Shown piece by piece: positions 1 through 8,029 of a stretch of 36,440 bases of DNA. The notes under the pieces are model-generated. The model saw only the letters and a program-made list of their open reading frames with translations, did not search any database and was not told where the DNA came from. The stretch's first letter is position 1, and each line of letters opens with the position of its first letter. The position numbers were made by a program, and so were the translations under genes. The stretch lies in the sequence record SRR20825006_3010; one strand, given 5' to 3'.

Positions 1-33
1 TGATTCCTGCAGGAATCAGCGCCCTCTTTGAAG

Positions 34-56
34 TGGAGGTGGCGGGAGTCGAACCC
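34..56 (-). repeat. att core, ssrA-distal copy (displaced 3' fragment of tmRNA)
   Basis: TGGAGGTGGCGGGAGTCGAACCC is identical to 30341..30363. It is followed on the minus strand by a palindrome (1..18, TGATTCCTGCAGGAATCA), probably part of the native ssrA terminator. Confidence 0.93.
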
Positions 57-205
57 TCACGAAAGCCTTTATCGCCATTAAACGATAACCCTTACACCAT
101 GCACCCCATCGAGCTATCGACCGCTTAACAAGCGAACCTCTCGGGATTTTCTTCAGTCCGTTTAGACCCGTGTGAGTCCGTCCAAATCCGTCCAGAGCGC
201 CTGAG

Positions 206-224
206 TTTGGGCATTATTTGGGCA
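206..224. repeat. Probable integrase arm-type binding site pair, left arm
   Basis: TTTGGGCATTATTTGGGCA (two TTTGGGCA units) is repeated exactly at 30271..30289, inside the opposite prophage end. Confidence 0.75.
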
Positions 225-290
225 ATGGAAAACCCCTCTCAAGGCATCCTTGGAGGGGTTGTTTTACGCGGTCTGGATTTTGCGGTTCGC

Positions 291-1406
291 TCAGAACTTC
301 AAGAGCAAGTCACGGGCGGCATCCGTCGCACTTGGTGCAAGGTGTGCGTACCTTTCGGTCATGGCGACTGTAGAGTGCCCGAGGAGTTGTTGCAAGACTC
401 GCATCGGCAAGCCCTTCATAGCAAGGTGAGATGCGTAAGTATGGCGCAAAATGTGCCAACCGCTTTTGTATGACGGAATCTCCGCATTGCGGTACGCGCG
501 AAGCATGGAGTGTTTCGTGTTCGCATACGTCACCAGCTCCTCGCCTTCGTTCCTGACCGTGAAGATGGGCTGCAATCCGTCCCTGGACGCGCGTGGGAGA
601 TCACACCTCAAGTCGGTCAAGGTCGTGACCAGCTCTTGTGTGATCGGAACTGTGCGCTTGTGGTGCGATTTCGGCGTCGTGTACTCACCATGCACATACG
701 CGCGCTCGATGTCGAGCTGCTTGAGGTGGGGTTTAAGATCACGCCACTGCAAGCCTGCAAGTTCACCGAATCTCATGCCCGTCTGCAAGGCCGTCATGAA
801 GAGAGGCGTGATCCAAGGTTCGGCGCATTCTACCAAGTCCTTGGCCTCCCATTGCTCCAGATAATGCCAATCGGGATCTCCAACTTTTGGGGTCTCGATG
901 ACCGGGACAACGGCGATGACCTCCCAAGCCAACGCCCTCTCGAAGATCTTGCTCAAGACCCCCGTCACATTCGAGACCGTCTTCCGGCTCAGACCTTTCC
1001 CGTCATCGGGGTCGAGAAGGTGGGCCACGAAAGCATCGATGTCAGCGCGTTCGATCTCGTGTAAGGGAGTGTCCCCGAAGGCTTCGAGCAGATGGTTATC
1101 GATGATGCGCTGGTAGTTGCTCCACGTACTCGTTTTGCAGTGTGCTTTCGCGTGATCTTGCATCCACCTCTGGCAGAACTCTTCCATGGTCGGGGAGTCC
1201 GTGATGATCACCCGACCTTCCTTTTCAGCAAGGTGCGCCTCTCGCGCCTCTGCTTCGAGCATATCGATTTGGATGCGCTCCCAACGCAGGGCGTTCTTCT
1301 TGCAGGTCATCGGGCTTTTGCGGCGGATGCGACGGCGTTCCCCCGTGTACGAGTTCGTCCACCAGAAATCGCAGTAGTAGGCGCCATTTATCATCCTGAT
1401 CGTCAT
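291..1406 (-). CDS. int: Phage tyrosine integrase
   Basis: Complete catalytic set: R (TGMRFGEL), K (TPKS), HxxR (HILRHTYAS), H (LLGHS), Y (MTERYAH), plus an N-terminal arm-binding-like region. Start placed at the ATGA overlap with the upstream stop (ORF track begins at 1433). Confidence 0.95.
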   Translation of the reverse strand: MTIRMINGAYYCDFWWTNSYTGERRRIRRKSPMTCKKNALRWERIQIDMLEAEAREAHLAEKEGRVIITDSPTMEEFCQRWMQDHAKAHCKTSTWSNYQRIIDNHLLEAFGDTPLHEIERADIDAFVAHLLDPDDGKGLSRKTVSNVTGVLSKIFERALAWEVIAVVPVIETPKVGDPDWHYLEQWEAKDLVECAEPWITPLFMTALQTGMRFGELAGLQWRDLKPHLKQLDIERAYVHGEYTTPKSHHKRTVPITQELVTTLTDLRCDLPRASRDGLQPIFTVRNEGEELVTYANTKHSMLRAYRNAEIPSYKSGWHILRHTYASHLAMKGLPMRVLQQLLGHSTVAMTERYAHLAPSATDAARDLLLKF

Positions 1407-1687
1407 CGTCCAGCCTCCCCCGTCTTGAGCCAAGCAAGGAACGGCACGACCTCGATTTTGATGCGTCTCCCGAGGCGCATGACACCGGGAGGAAGCGCGC
1501 GCTTCATGCCCTCGTACCAGGAGATGGCGTTCAGGATCGTTTTGCGGTCCACGCCGATGGCGAGCGCAAGGCTGTTGACGTCCGCGATGTCTCCCAGGGC
1601 GCGGATACTCGGGCGGAGCGGAATGCGTTTTTCGTCGGGGTCCGGCTCGCGGACGAGTTCGAGTGTGACCTTCTGCTTCTTCTCCAT
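1403..1687 (-). CDS. Xis/RDF-like small HTH DNA-binding protein
   Basis: 94 aa with an HTH-like segment (DVNSLALAIGVDRKTILNAI) and a wing (MRLGRRIKI); translationally coupled to int. Confidence 0.7.
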   Translation of the reverse strand: MEKKQKVTLELVREPDPDEKRIPLRPSIRALGDIADVNSLALAIGVDRKTILNAISWYEGMKRALPPGVMRLGRRIKIEVVPFLAWLKTGEAGR

Positions 1688-1753
1688 GTGATCTTCCTTC
1701 CTCTACTCAGTTCGTGTTCGTGTTCGTTGCGCGTTCTCGTGGTCATGGTCATC

Positions 1754-1775
1754 TTGATGATCTGAAAATCATCAA
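1754..1775. promoter_or_regulatory. Candidate operator palindrome between divergent xis and XRE genes
   Basis: TTGATGAT-CTGAAA-ATCATCAA, a perfect 8-bp inverted repeat in the 140-bp divergent intergenic gap. Confidence 0.5.
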
Positions 1776-1827
1776 AGGTTGTTCGATCATGGGGTATGAC
1801 GATCCTCGATGCAAGAGGAGGTCGAGG

Positions 1828-2055
1828 ATGAGTGACAGTCTGGAAAAGCTCTTGAGCGTGAACCTTGCCCGCATACGCATGTCTGCGGGCATGACGCAGC
1901 GTGATCTTGCAGCCGCGACGGGCATCAGCCAGGAGCACATCGCGCGCATCGAGAGCAAGGGGCGGAATGTCACCATCGGGACCATCGAGACCTTCGCCAC
2001 CGCCCTCGGTGTTGACCCCCTCGACCTCCTGGCGCCGCTCGAAGACGACTCCTAG
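1828..2055 (+). CDS. XRE/Cro-C1 family HTH transcriptional regulator (75 aa)
   Basis: NLARIRMSAGMTQRDLAAATGISQEHIARIESKGRNVTIGTIETFATALGV is a typical XRE HTH; GAGGAGG RBS before ATG 1828. Confidence 0.9.
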   Translation: MSDSLEKLLSVNLARIRMSAGMTQRDLAAATGISQEHIARIESKGRNVTIGTIETFATALGVDPLDLLAPLEDDS

Positions 2056-2180
2056 CCTCTCAACAAGACCATCCCCGCGCCTTCACCTCTCTGCTACCAC
2101 AAGGGCCAAGGGGCGTAAAAACTGACCGGGGGTAAGACGTTAAGAGGGCGGGGTTAGCACTCATGCGTGCTTCGCGCATG

Positions 2181-2211
2181 AAAAAACCCTCTCCCTTGGT
2201 CGGGGAGAGGG
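2181..2211 (-). terminator. Intrinsic terminator ending the leftward early operon
   Basis: Minus strand CCCTCTCCC-cgaccaa-GGGAGAGGG followed by TTTTTT, just after the 2239 stop. Confidence 0.8.
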
Positions 2212-2238
2212 CTGGTGTTCGTTCGGGGGGAGGTACCG

Positions 2239-2610
2239 TCACATCAGGGCGCCAGGACACACATGCTCAGGCACCTCGGGGATGATCGCGTCGTTCGCTC
2301 CCTGGAGGTCCGCCTGGGTGTCCGCGCGCTGGAGCTTGGCGAGCGTCGCGCGCGTTTCCTTCATCATGGCCTCCAGCCAGAGCATCCGGGTGTAGACGTC
2401 CATCAGCTCCCCGTAGACGCGTTCGCCCTCCTCGGTCTCCCGGAGCGATCGGGACGCGGGGGAGATGGCCTCACGCGATGCGGCGTCGAGCGCCTCCTGG
2501 ATGCGGTCAAATGCCGCGTTCAGAGTCGCCACGGTCTCGGCCAGGTCGGGCGCATCCGTGCGTGCGGGGATGGTCGTGTTGTTGTTCTCAGTGTTCTTAT
2601 CAGTGCTCAT
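2239..2610 (-). CDS. Hypothetical helical/coiled-coil phage protein
   Basis: 123-aa ORF with natural composition; last gene of the leftward operon. Confidence 0.7.
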   Translation of the reverse strand: MSTDKNTENNNTTIPARTDAPDLAETVATLNAAFDRIQEALDAASREAISPASRSLRETEEGERVYGELMDVYTRMLWLEAMMKETRATLAKLQRADTQADLQGANDAIIPEVPEHVCPGALM

Positions 2611-2689
2611 GTCTATCTCGCTTTGCCTATCAAGGCGGTGATCTCTGGGGAGGAGAAAAAGTTCGTGTTATTGTTCGTGTTCGTCCGGG

Positions 2690-3211
2690 TCAGAAAAGCT
2701 CTCTCAACGCCTCCAGCAAGGTCTCGACCTCTGCCTCCAGATCACTCACGCGCACCAGCGCGTCCACCTGCTCGCTCGACCATTCACCCACGCCATCACG
2801 GGCAATGGACGCGCCTTCGTTCGCGAGGACGGCCAGAGGGCGCTGTAGGGCCGTGAGCTGGTCACGGAGACCCACGAGGCGGTACCTCCTTTGGTCGGTG
2901 CGCTCTGTGCGGTCCAGGAGTGCGCGCTCAGGGTGATGCAGCGTAAGCTCGACGCGGGGGAAATCGGCACTGTGTCCTTCGCTGGTGACCCAACCCGACC
3001 ATCCCCCGGGGGACGGCCCCTCACGTTCCGTTCGTGCCGCACGCCGGTGTGCTTCCACGGCGGCATTGATTCGCAGGCCCAATTCATCCCAGCTTCCACC
3101 ACGCGGGACGGAGATGGACTGGTAGCCCGTGTCAGTGCCGAAGCCGATGGTGATGTCGGTGGTGTGTGGGGATGGTTGGTCGGGGTTCCTGAAAGCGTTA
3201 ATGAGCGGCAT
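2690..3211 (-). CDS. Hypothetical phage protein with C-terminal coiled coil
   Basis: Start MPLINAF overlaps the upstream stop (GTGATG); purine-rich RBS. Confidence 0.65.
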   Translation of the reverse strand: MPLINAFRNPDQPSPHTTDITIGFGTDTGYQSISVPRGGSWDELGLRINAAVEAHRRAARTEREGPSPGGWSGWVTSEGHSADFPRVELTLHHPERALLDRTERTDQRRYRLVGLRDQLTALQRPLAVLANEGASIARDGVGEWSSEQVDALVRVSDLEAEVETLLEALRELF

Positions 3212-4212
3212 CACTTCCCCTCCCCTTCCAAGATCTCTGCGGCCATGGCCACGACCTCCGAAGCCACCTTCTCTCCAGCCACCAACGCGGTGCGGGGCGG
3301 TGGAGTCTTCGCGGCGTTCTGCGTGGCGAGCGTGATCATTTTCATCCACCCCTTGGACCGCTTGCCCATTCGCATCCGGGACGGGAGCGCCCACACGGTG
3401 GTCATCGCGCCAACCTCGACCGGAGAGGTCGAGGCGGTGATGACGTTCCTGTCAATGTACGTGGCGATACCAGAGCGCGTTTTCACATAGACGGCGCCTC
3501 CCGTCTTGGTCTCGCGGACGATCGAGAGATCCTCGATGCGGACCGCGCGTTCAGGTTCGATGCGACCACTCATGCCGCGATAGGTCTCGGGCCACGAGAC
3601 CTGAAGCATCGTGCCCCTGCCAAGGTCGTCCCAAGGCAAGCCGCCGTTCGCTTCCTCATGCCACGCGTCTCGGGGGATGCTGACCCCCCATCGGCCATCC
3701 ACAGAGGCGAAGATCAAGCGGGCCTCATCGACGCCGCCCTTAACCCCTGGGTGTCCGAGACAGACCGCTGTCATGCGCCACACGGGGCGGCTGCGGTGCC
3801 TCCACACAAAGGGGGCGTGATCATCCCAGGTAAGCGCGTCGGTCAAGGAGGTGTGGGAGGTCTCTTCTTGGACCGGCGCAACATCTTCCTCTTGAACGGG
3901 AGGGGTATGAGCCTCCATCAAGGTCTCGAAGGTCTCCTCTTCGCCCTCTTCGTTCGTCGAGTCAGGATCACCGATGGTCTCCAAGACATCCTCGATGGTC
4001 GTCTCACAAGCACCACGCGCTTGTGCGAAGGTGTCACGGGCGAGATGGCCAAGAAGGCGGTCCTCCATGGCAGTGAGGCGCGCATCCATCGCAGCCATGA
4101 CGCGCGCACAAAGACGATCAAGGAGCTGGTCCTCCTCTACATGCGCAGCAGTTGGAGGATGGGCTGGCGGGGAAGTTGGATCATCATCGAAACCAAAAAA
4201 ATCCTGGCTCAT
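3211..4212 (-). CDS. Hypothetical early protein (acidic N-terminus, beta-rich C-terminal domain)
   Basis: Likely start MSQDFFGF at 4212, directly after the structured leader; coupled to the next gene. Confidence 0.7.
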   Translation of the reverse strand: MSQDFFGFDDDPTSPPAHPPTAAHVEEDQLLDRLCARVMAAMDARLTAMEDRLLGHLARDTFAQARGACETTIEDVLETIGDPDSTNEEGEEETFETLMEAHTPPVQEEDVAPVQEETSHTSLTDALTWDDHAPFVWRHRSRPVWRMTAVCLGHPGVKGGVDEARLIFASVDGRWGVSIPRDAWHEEANGGLPWDDLGRGTMLQVSWPETYRGMSGRIEPERAVRIEDLSIVRETKTGGAVYVKTRSGIATYIDRNVITASTSPVEVGAMTTVWALPSRMRMGKRSKGWMKMITLATQNAAKTPPPRTALVAGEKVASEVVAMAAEILEGEGK

Positions 4213-4231
4213 AAAAACGCTCTCTGGCAAA

Positions 4232-4560
4232 GCAAAGGGCGGCTGTAAAAGATGGCTCAAACCGGCGCTCAAAGCGCCCCATCCGTCACAGCCGCCCTCG
4301 CGGCACTCCCTCAACACCCCCAGCGGTTAAGCTCATGTGAGAGGGATCTTGAATGTCTTTGAATCGCGGTGGTTTGAGGAACCGCGATGGTGAACCGCGC
4401 CGCCCAGGGGTCGAATCCTGAGCGGCTTTGCGGTTCGGTCGGCGCGGATTCGACCCCGCGCCTGTGTTTGAGGGGTGGTGACCCCGAGCGGGCAGCCCAG
4501 GACGCCTCAGTTTAGATGCGTCCCGTCCTCTCCGCTCGATGCCCCCGCCGCCCCGGCGTG
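4232..4560 (-). ncRNA. Structured leader / candidate C4- or CI-like regulatory RNA system
   Basis: At least five GC-rich stem-loops (4236-4298, 4363-4388, 4392-4436, 4441-4462, 4485-4538) with mutually complementary loops. A 4404/4421 mismatch becomes a G-U pair only on the minus strand. Confidence 0.6.
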
Positions 4561-4569
4561 CTACATATA

Positions 4570-4597
4570 ATCTTAAACATAGATGGATCACCGTCAA
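4570..4597 (-). promoter_or_regulatory. Sigma70-type leftward early promoter
   Basis: Minus strand TTGACG-16 nt-TAAGAT; start near 4562, at the head of the structured leader. Confidence 0.6.
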
Positions 4598-4682
4598 GGG
4601 CACCAAAGACCACGATCACCCGCATGAAGCCTAACCCAACACCCTTAATCGTTACCACACGATAAAGAACCGTAAAGGGAAT

Positions 4683-4712
4683 CCTCGTTCTGAGATCCAG
4701 AACGGGGTTTTT
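4683..4712 (+). terminator. Rightward intrinsic terminator
   Basis: CCTCGTTCTG-agatc-CAGAACGGGG (one G-U pair) followed by TTTTT. Confidence 0.6.
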
Positions 4713-5203
4713 GGCGAAAGAGAGGACGCGCAAAGGTCAACAAGATACACACATTTGGATGCTAAAATTTTCTTGAAAAAAAGTTCATTCGAGGTCTTTT
4801 TTCTGCTCGCGCGGGTCTCGGACATGCCCATCAAGGAACCTCCCCGGACCATCCCCGAGCACGGACCCGGACCTTGAACGCGACTGTCCCGAGATCTTCG
4901 AGATCTCACTTTTTCGACCCAGGACGACCAGACCTCACAGAAGCCACGGAGAGCGACAGAAATCCCCCGAGGCACCACTGACCCTCAGAAAGAAATCCGT
5001 GGCGTCTCCGTGGCGCACAGAGGGCCTCCTGTTCAAATTCGTGATCTCATCCGTGATCGGGATGCGATCAGGTTCGAGGTGGTTCGAGGGATGCTCCGAG
5101 GAGTCCCCTTGTCAGCGTCCCCTCACCCGTCCGAGCACCGACACCCCGAACACCGCCCGCGCTCTCGCGCGCGCGTACGCGTATCATGTGCTCCGACCCC
5201 GCC

Positions 5204-5552
5204 ACCCGCTTCGCGGGCGTCGAGGCCGTCGATCCCTCGCGCGTACGTAGTAGGGTATTCCATGTTCTTGTTCCCCTATGCGACTCCCCTAAGCCATCGA
5301 AGCGGAGCGAAGATGGCGTGATGTCGGGAAAATCATGACCATGAAGACATGACCCATGGGGTCATCCAAAAGAATCCCTACAGGCATAAAAAGTCGAGCC
5401 CCCGAAGGGGGCGAACAAAACCCTACTACGTACGCACGCGTTAGCACGTTCCGTGCCAGCATGAAAAAATAGTTGTTTGAGAGGGGTGATTTTCCCGACT
5501 AACACGCTAACTTCGCTCCGCTTCGTTAGCTTAGGGAAGAGCCGCATAGGGG
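5204..5552. repeat. Paired inverted-repeat/hairpin modules (candidate replication origin)
   Basis: A 16-bp perfect inverted repeat (5241-5256 / 5420-5435) and a ~65-bp imperfect inverted repeat (5273-5335 / 5487-5552), each copy of the latter with an internal hairpin; GAA-triloop hairpins on opposite strands. The repeats are observed directly; the origin function is inference. Confidence 0.7.
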
Positions 5553-5868
5553 GTAGTTTGAAAGGGGGTATGTGCAAGGGCGCGCTACGCGCGCGACGTA
5601 GGGATCACGTAGGGAGCACGCCGGGAGCAGCGGGGATTCATCAGCGGTCCCTGGATTTTCATGTTCCGGGATGAGGTCGATGTTCGGGATGACAGGATGA
5701 CAGGACCGAGGATCGGTCCTTGATGGGATATGGGATGGAAGGATGAAAGGGGAGCTTGATGAGGGTGATGACCTTGGTGGGAATGTCCGAGGTCGGAAGG
5801 ACGTCGAGATGACCTTGATGGGAACGTCCCTCACACTCCCCCGGCGCCAGCCGGGGGATGGTTCCTGT

Positions 5869-6123
5869 TCATGCCTGTGCGAGATCCTCGAATCGGAAGA
5901 CCGGCAACGCATCCACCGCCTTCTCTTCCTTGGGAGGCAGGAACACTCCGGGCGCACCTTCGACCATCACACGCCACACAAGGGCACGGGGATCTGTGAT
6001 CTTCGGGTACGTTCGTTGGAGCAGTTCCATCTCCCTCTCGGTCAGCGTGACGGTGGTCGTGACCGTACGGTGAGAGGAGGATGCGTGATCTTGGGAGTGT
6101 TCCTTGTTCGTCTTCGTGGTCAT
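5869..6123 (-). CDS. Small protein with RHH/CopG-like N-terminal pattern
   Basis: Alternating beta strand VTTTVTLT followed by helix EREMELLQ; an extended -10 (TGGTATAAT, 6167-6175 minus) lies upstream. Confidence 0.5.
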   Translation of the reverse strand: MTTKTNKEHSQDHASSSHRTVTTTVTLTEREMELLQRTYPKITDPRALVWRVMVEGAPGVFLPPKEEKAVDALPVFRFEDLAQA

Positions 6124-6204
6124 GATGCGGTCTCGTAGTCGTGCTCCGGGGAGGGAGATGACCCGCATTATACCACGGGGAGACGGTCAAGAAAAGCGGT
6201 TAGG

Positions 6205-6822
6205 TTATGAACACTGCTCTATGGCAGGTGTGAGGATAAGACAGTGCTCAACGAACTCCCTCTTCGCTGCTGCCGTTATGTTCGCGCTGATAGCTTTTTC
6301 AAAAAGCATCTTCAACTCTTGGGCATAGTCTTCTGCCTTGTGGGTCGCGGCATCGAGACAGGGAATTGCTTTCTCGTGGGTCGAAGCAGCGGCGGCTTTC
6401 TTGTATCCCTCCTTCTCAAGAACATCCAACCAGTCATCGATTACATCCTTACGAGCAGGAGGGTTCTTGCTCTTCGACTTGCTTGGTGCAAGATCCCAAG
6501 TCATCAGCACCTTGCCCATCTTCTTCTCTTCCTTCTTCTTCTTCTTCGCCGCCATCCGAGCCTGTACTTCCTCCCTGGAAAGAAGCCTCACGGGAGGGTC
6601 AAGGGCTGCCAAAGCATGCCTCACAATGTCCTCATTCGATCCTCCGGCCTTACCTGAAACCAACTGCTCGCCGTCTTCGGTCATCACAGACCACTCTCGA
6701 TCCCTTACGGCGTTGGTCTTAATCTTCACGATGAGGATGCTCCCATCATCGACGTTGACAGAGACCTCAGCACCCACCATGTCCCCGTGCTCAGCAACTA
6801 TCCACCCTGTTCGCCCTGACAT
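6205..6822 (-). CDS. Hypothetical protein (Lys-rich linker)
   Basis: 205-aa ORF with a purine-rich GAGGAGAG leader; moron-like composition. Confidence 0.7.
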   Translation of the reverse strand: MSGRTGWIVAEHGDMVGAEVSVNVDDGSILIVKIKTNAVRDREWSVMTEDGEQLVSGKAGGSNEDIVRHALAALDPPVRLLSREEVQARMAAKKKKKEEKKMGKVLMTWDLAPSKSKSKNPPARKDVIDDWLDVLEKEGYKKAAAASTHEKAIPCLDAATHKAEDYAQELKMLFEKAISANITAAAKREFVEHCLILTPAIEQCS

Positions 6823-7042
6823 CCTTCTCTCCTCTCCTCATCCCGACGAAAACCCCACACAACCGCACCACGCGCCCGTGAACCGCCCTCGCCTCATCAT
6901 TGTGATCTTGCTTGTTCGCTTTGCGCACCCACCATCACTCTGCAAGACATCCCTCGTCAAGAGCATCCCTCTCACGGTTCGATAATGTCTCTATCTCCCG
7001 TGTGTCCGTCACGCCCTCCCCGGCATTACACGGAGACACGAG

Positions 7043-8029
7043 ATGTCACGAACACCCCCCAAAGCGGGCGTCCATTGGTCGCCCGAAGAGATCGAGATCC
7101 TCACCCGGCTTTATCCGCGCGCACCATGGGATGACCTCCTGGAAGCCCTCCCCGGTCGCACTTACGCCGCTATCGCGCGGCAAGCCCACAAGCGCCGGAT
7201 TCGACGTGTAGGGCACCATCCCCGGACCACCCCGCGCCACCGTCCCTCACGCCCTCCAGGGATGCACGAGCGCAACGATCACGAGGTCGTGTGTGACCCC
7301 GAGACGGGCGTCGCTCTGTTCGCTGAGATCATCCTCCCGACCCGCGACGGCACCGAGCGAGCGCGGACCCGCGTGGACATGTGCGACCTCCGACCCTTGC
7401 TCGAAATGGGACGGTGGACGCTCCTCACGCAGACCCATTGCGACCAGGAGTATGCGTACACGAAGGGTGGCCCTGGCCAGCCCCGGACGATTCTCATGCA
7501 TCGCATAGTCCTTGGCCGCGTTCGTGGGCAGGCTCTCAGGTCGCCACGAGGGGATGGGGAAGAAAGAATGGTGGTCGATCACCGTGATGGAGACGGCCTC
7601 AACAACACGCGGGACAACCTCGCCTTGATCACGCAGTCGCAAAATCTAAGAAAATCAAAACCTTACCGCCGTCGTACCTCAGACCAAATCGGCCTCCCAG
7701 AGGGCGTCCGCAGGGAGTTCTCCCGCATCGTCGCCATCGCCAGCATTGACCGGCGCGGCGTCTCCATCACCCGTATAGACCCTCGTGATCATGAGAGTGA
7801 GGATGCGGCCATCGCCTTGGCCGCCTGCATCCGTCAGAGCGTTCAGGAGCTTATCCACGGGCCGGGGGCTATCGGTGTTGATGCCGAGTATGCTTGGCGT
7901 GATCTGGTGAGTGAGGAAGAGGCTGTGAGGTGGGCGGTGCAAGCGTTGGAGACACGGGCGCGGTATAAGCTGCCGATGCGGGAGAGGTATGTGGCGCGGC
8001 TTGAGGAGTTGAGGGGGATGATGGGTTAG
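7043..8029 (+). CDS. HNH endonuclease with N-terminal Myb/SANT-like DNA-binding segment
   Basis: HNH core LMHRIVLG...VVDHRDGDGLNNTRDNLALITQSQN; N-terminal WSPEEIEILTRLYP...LPGRTYAAI; GGAG RBS. Confidence 0.85.
   Translation: MSRTPPKAGVHWSPEEIEILTRLYPRAPWDDLLEALPGRTYAAIARQAHKRRIRRVGHHPRTTPRHRPSRPPGMHERNDHEVVCDPETGVALFAEIILPTRDGTERARTRVDMCDLRPLLEMGRWTLLTQTHCDQEYAYTKGGPGQPRTILMHRIVLGRVRGQALRSPRGDGEERMVVDHRDGDGLNNTRDNLALITQSQNLRKSKPYRRRTSDQIGLPEGVRREFSRIVAIASIDRRGVSITRIDPRDHESEDAAIALAACIRQSVQELIHGPGAIGVDAEYAWRDLVSEEEAVRWAVQALETRARYKLPMRERYVARLEELRGMMG

Noticed and set aside
34-56. Separate tRNA gene at the left edge
   Set aside because: Only 23 bp, identical to the tmRNA 3' end; it is the att duplication.
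4392-4462. tRNA gene suggested by TTCGA/T-loop-like sequences
   Set aside because: No cloverleaf, anticodon arm or acceptor stem; better explained as complementary hairpin loops.
4652-5957. Short ORFs in the central non-coding region
   Set aside because: Arg/Pro/Ser-rich, without convincing RBS, and overlapping dense inverted repeats.
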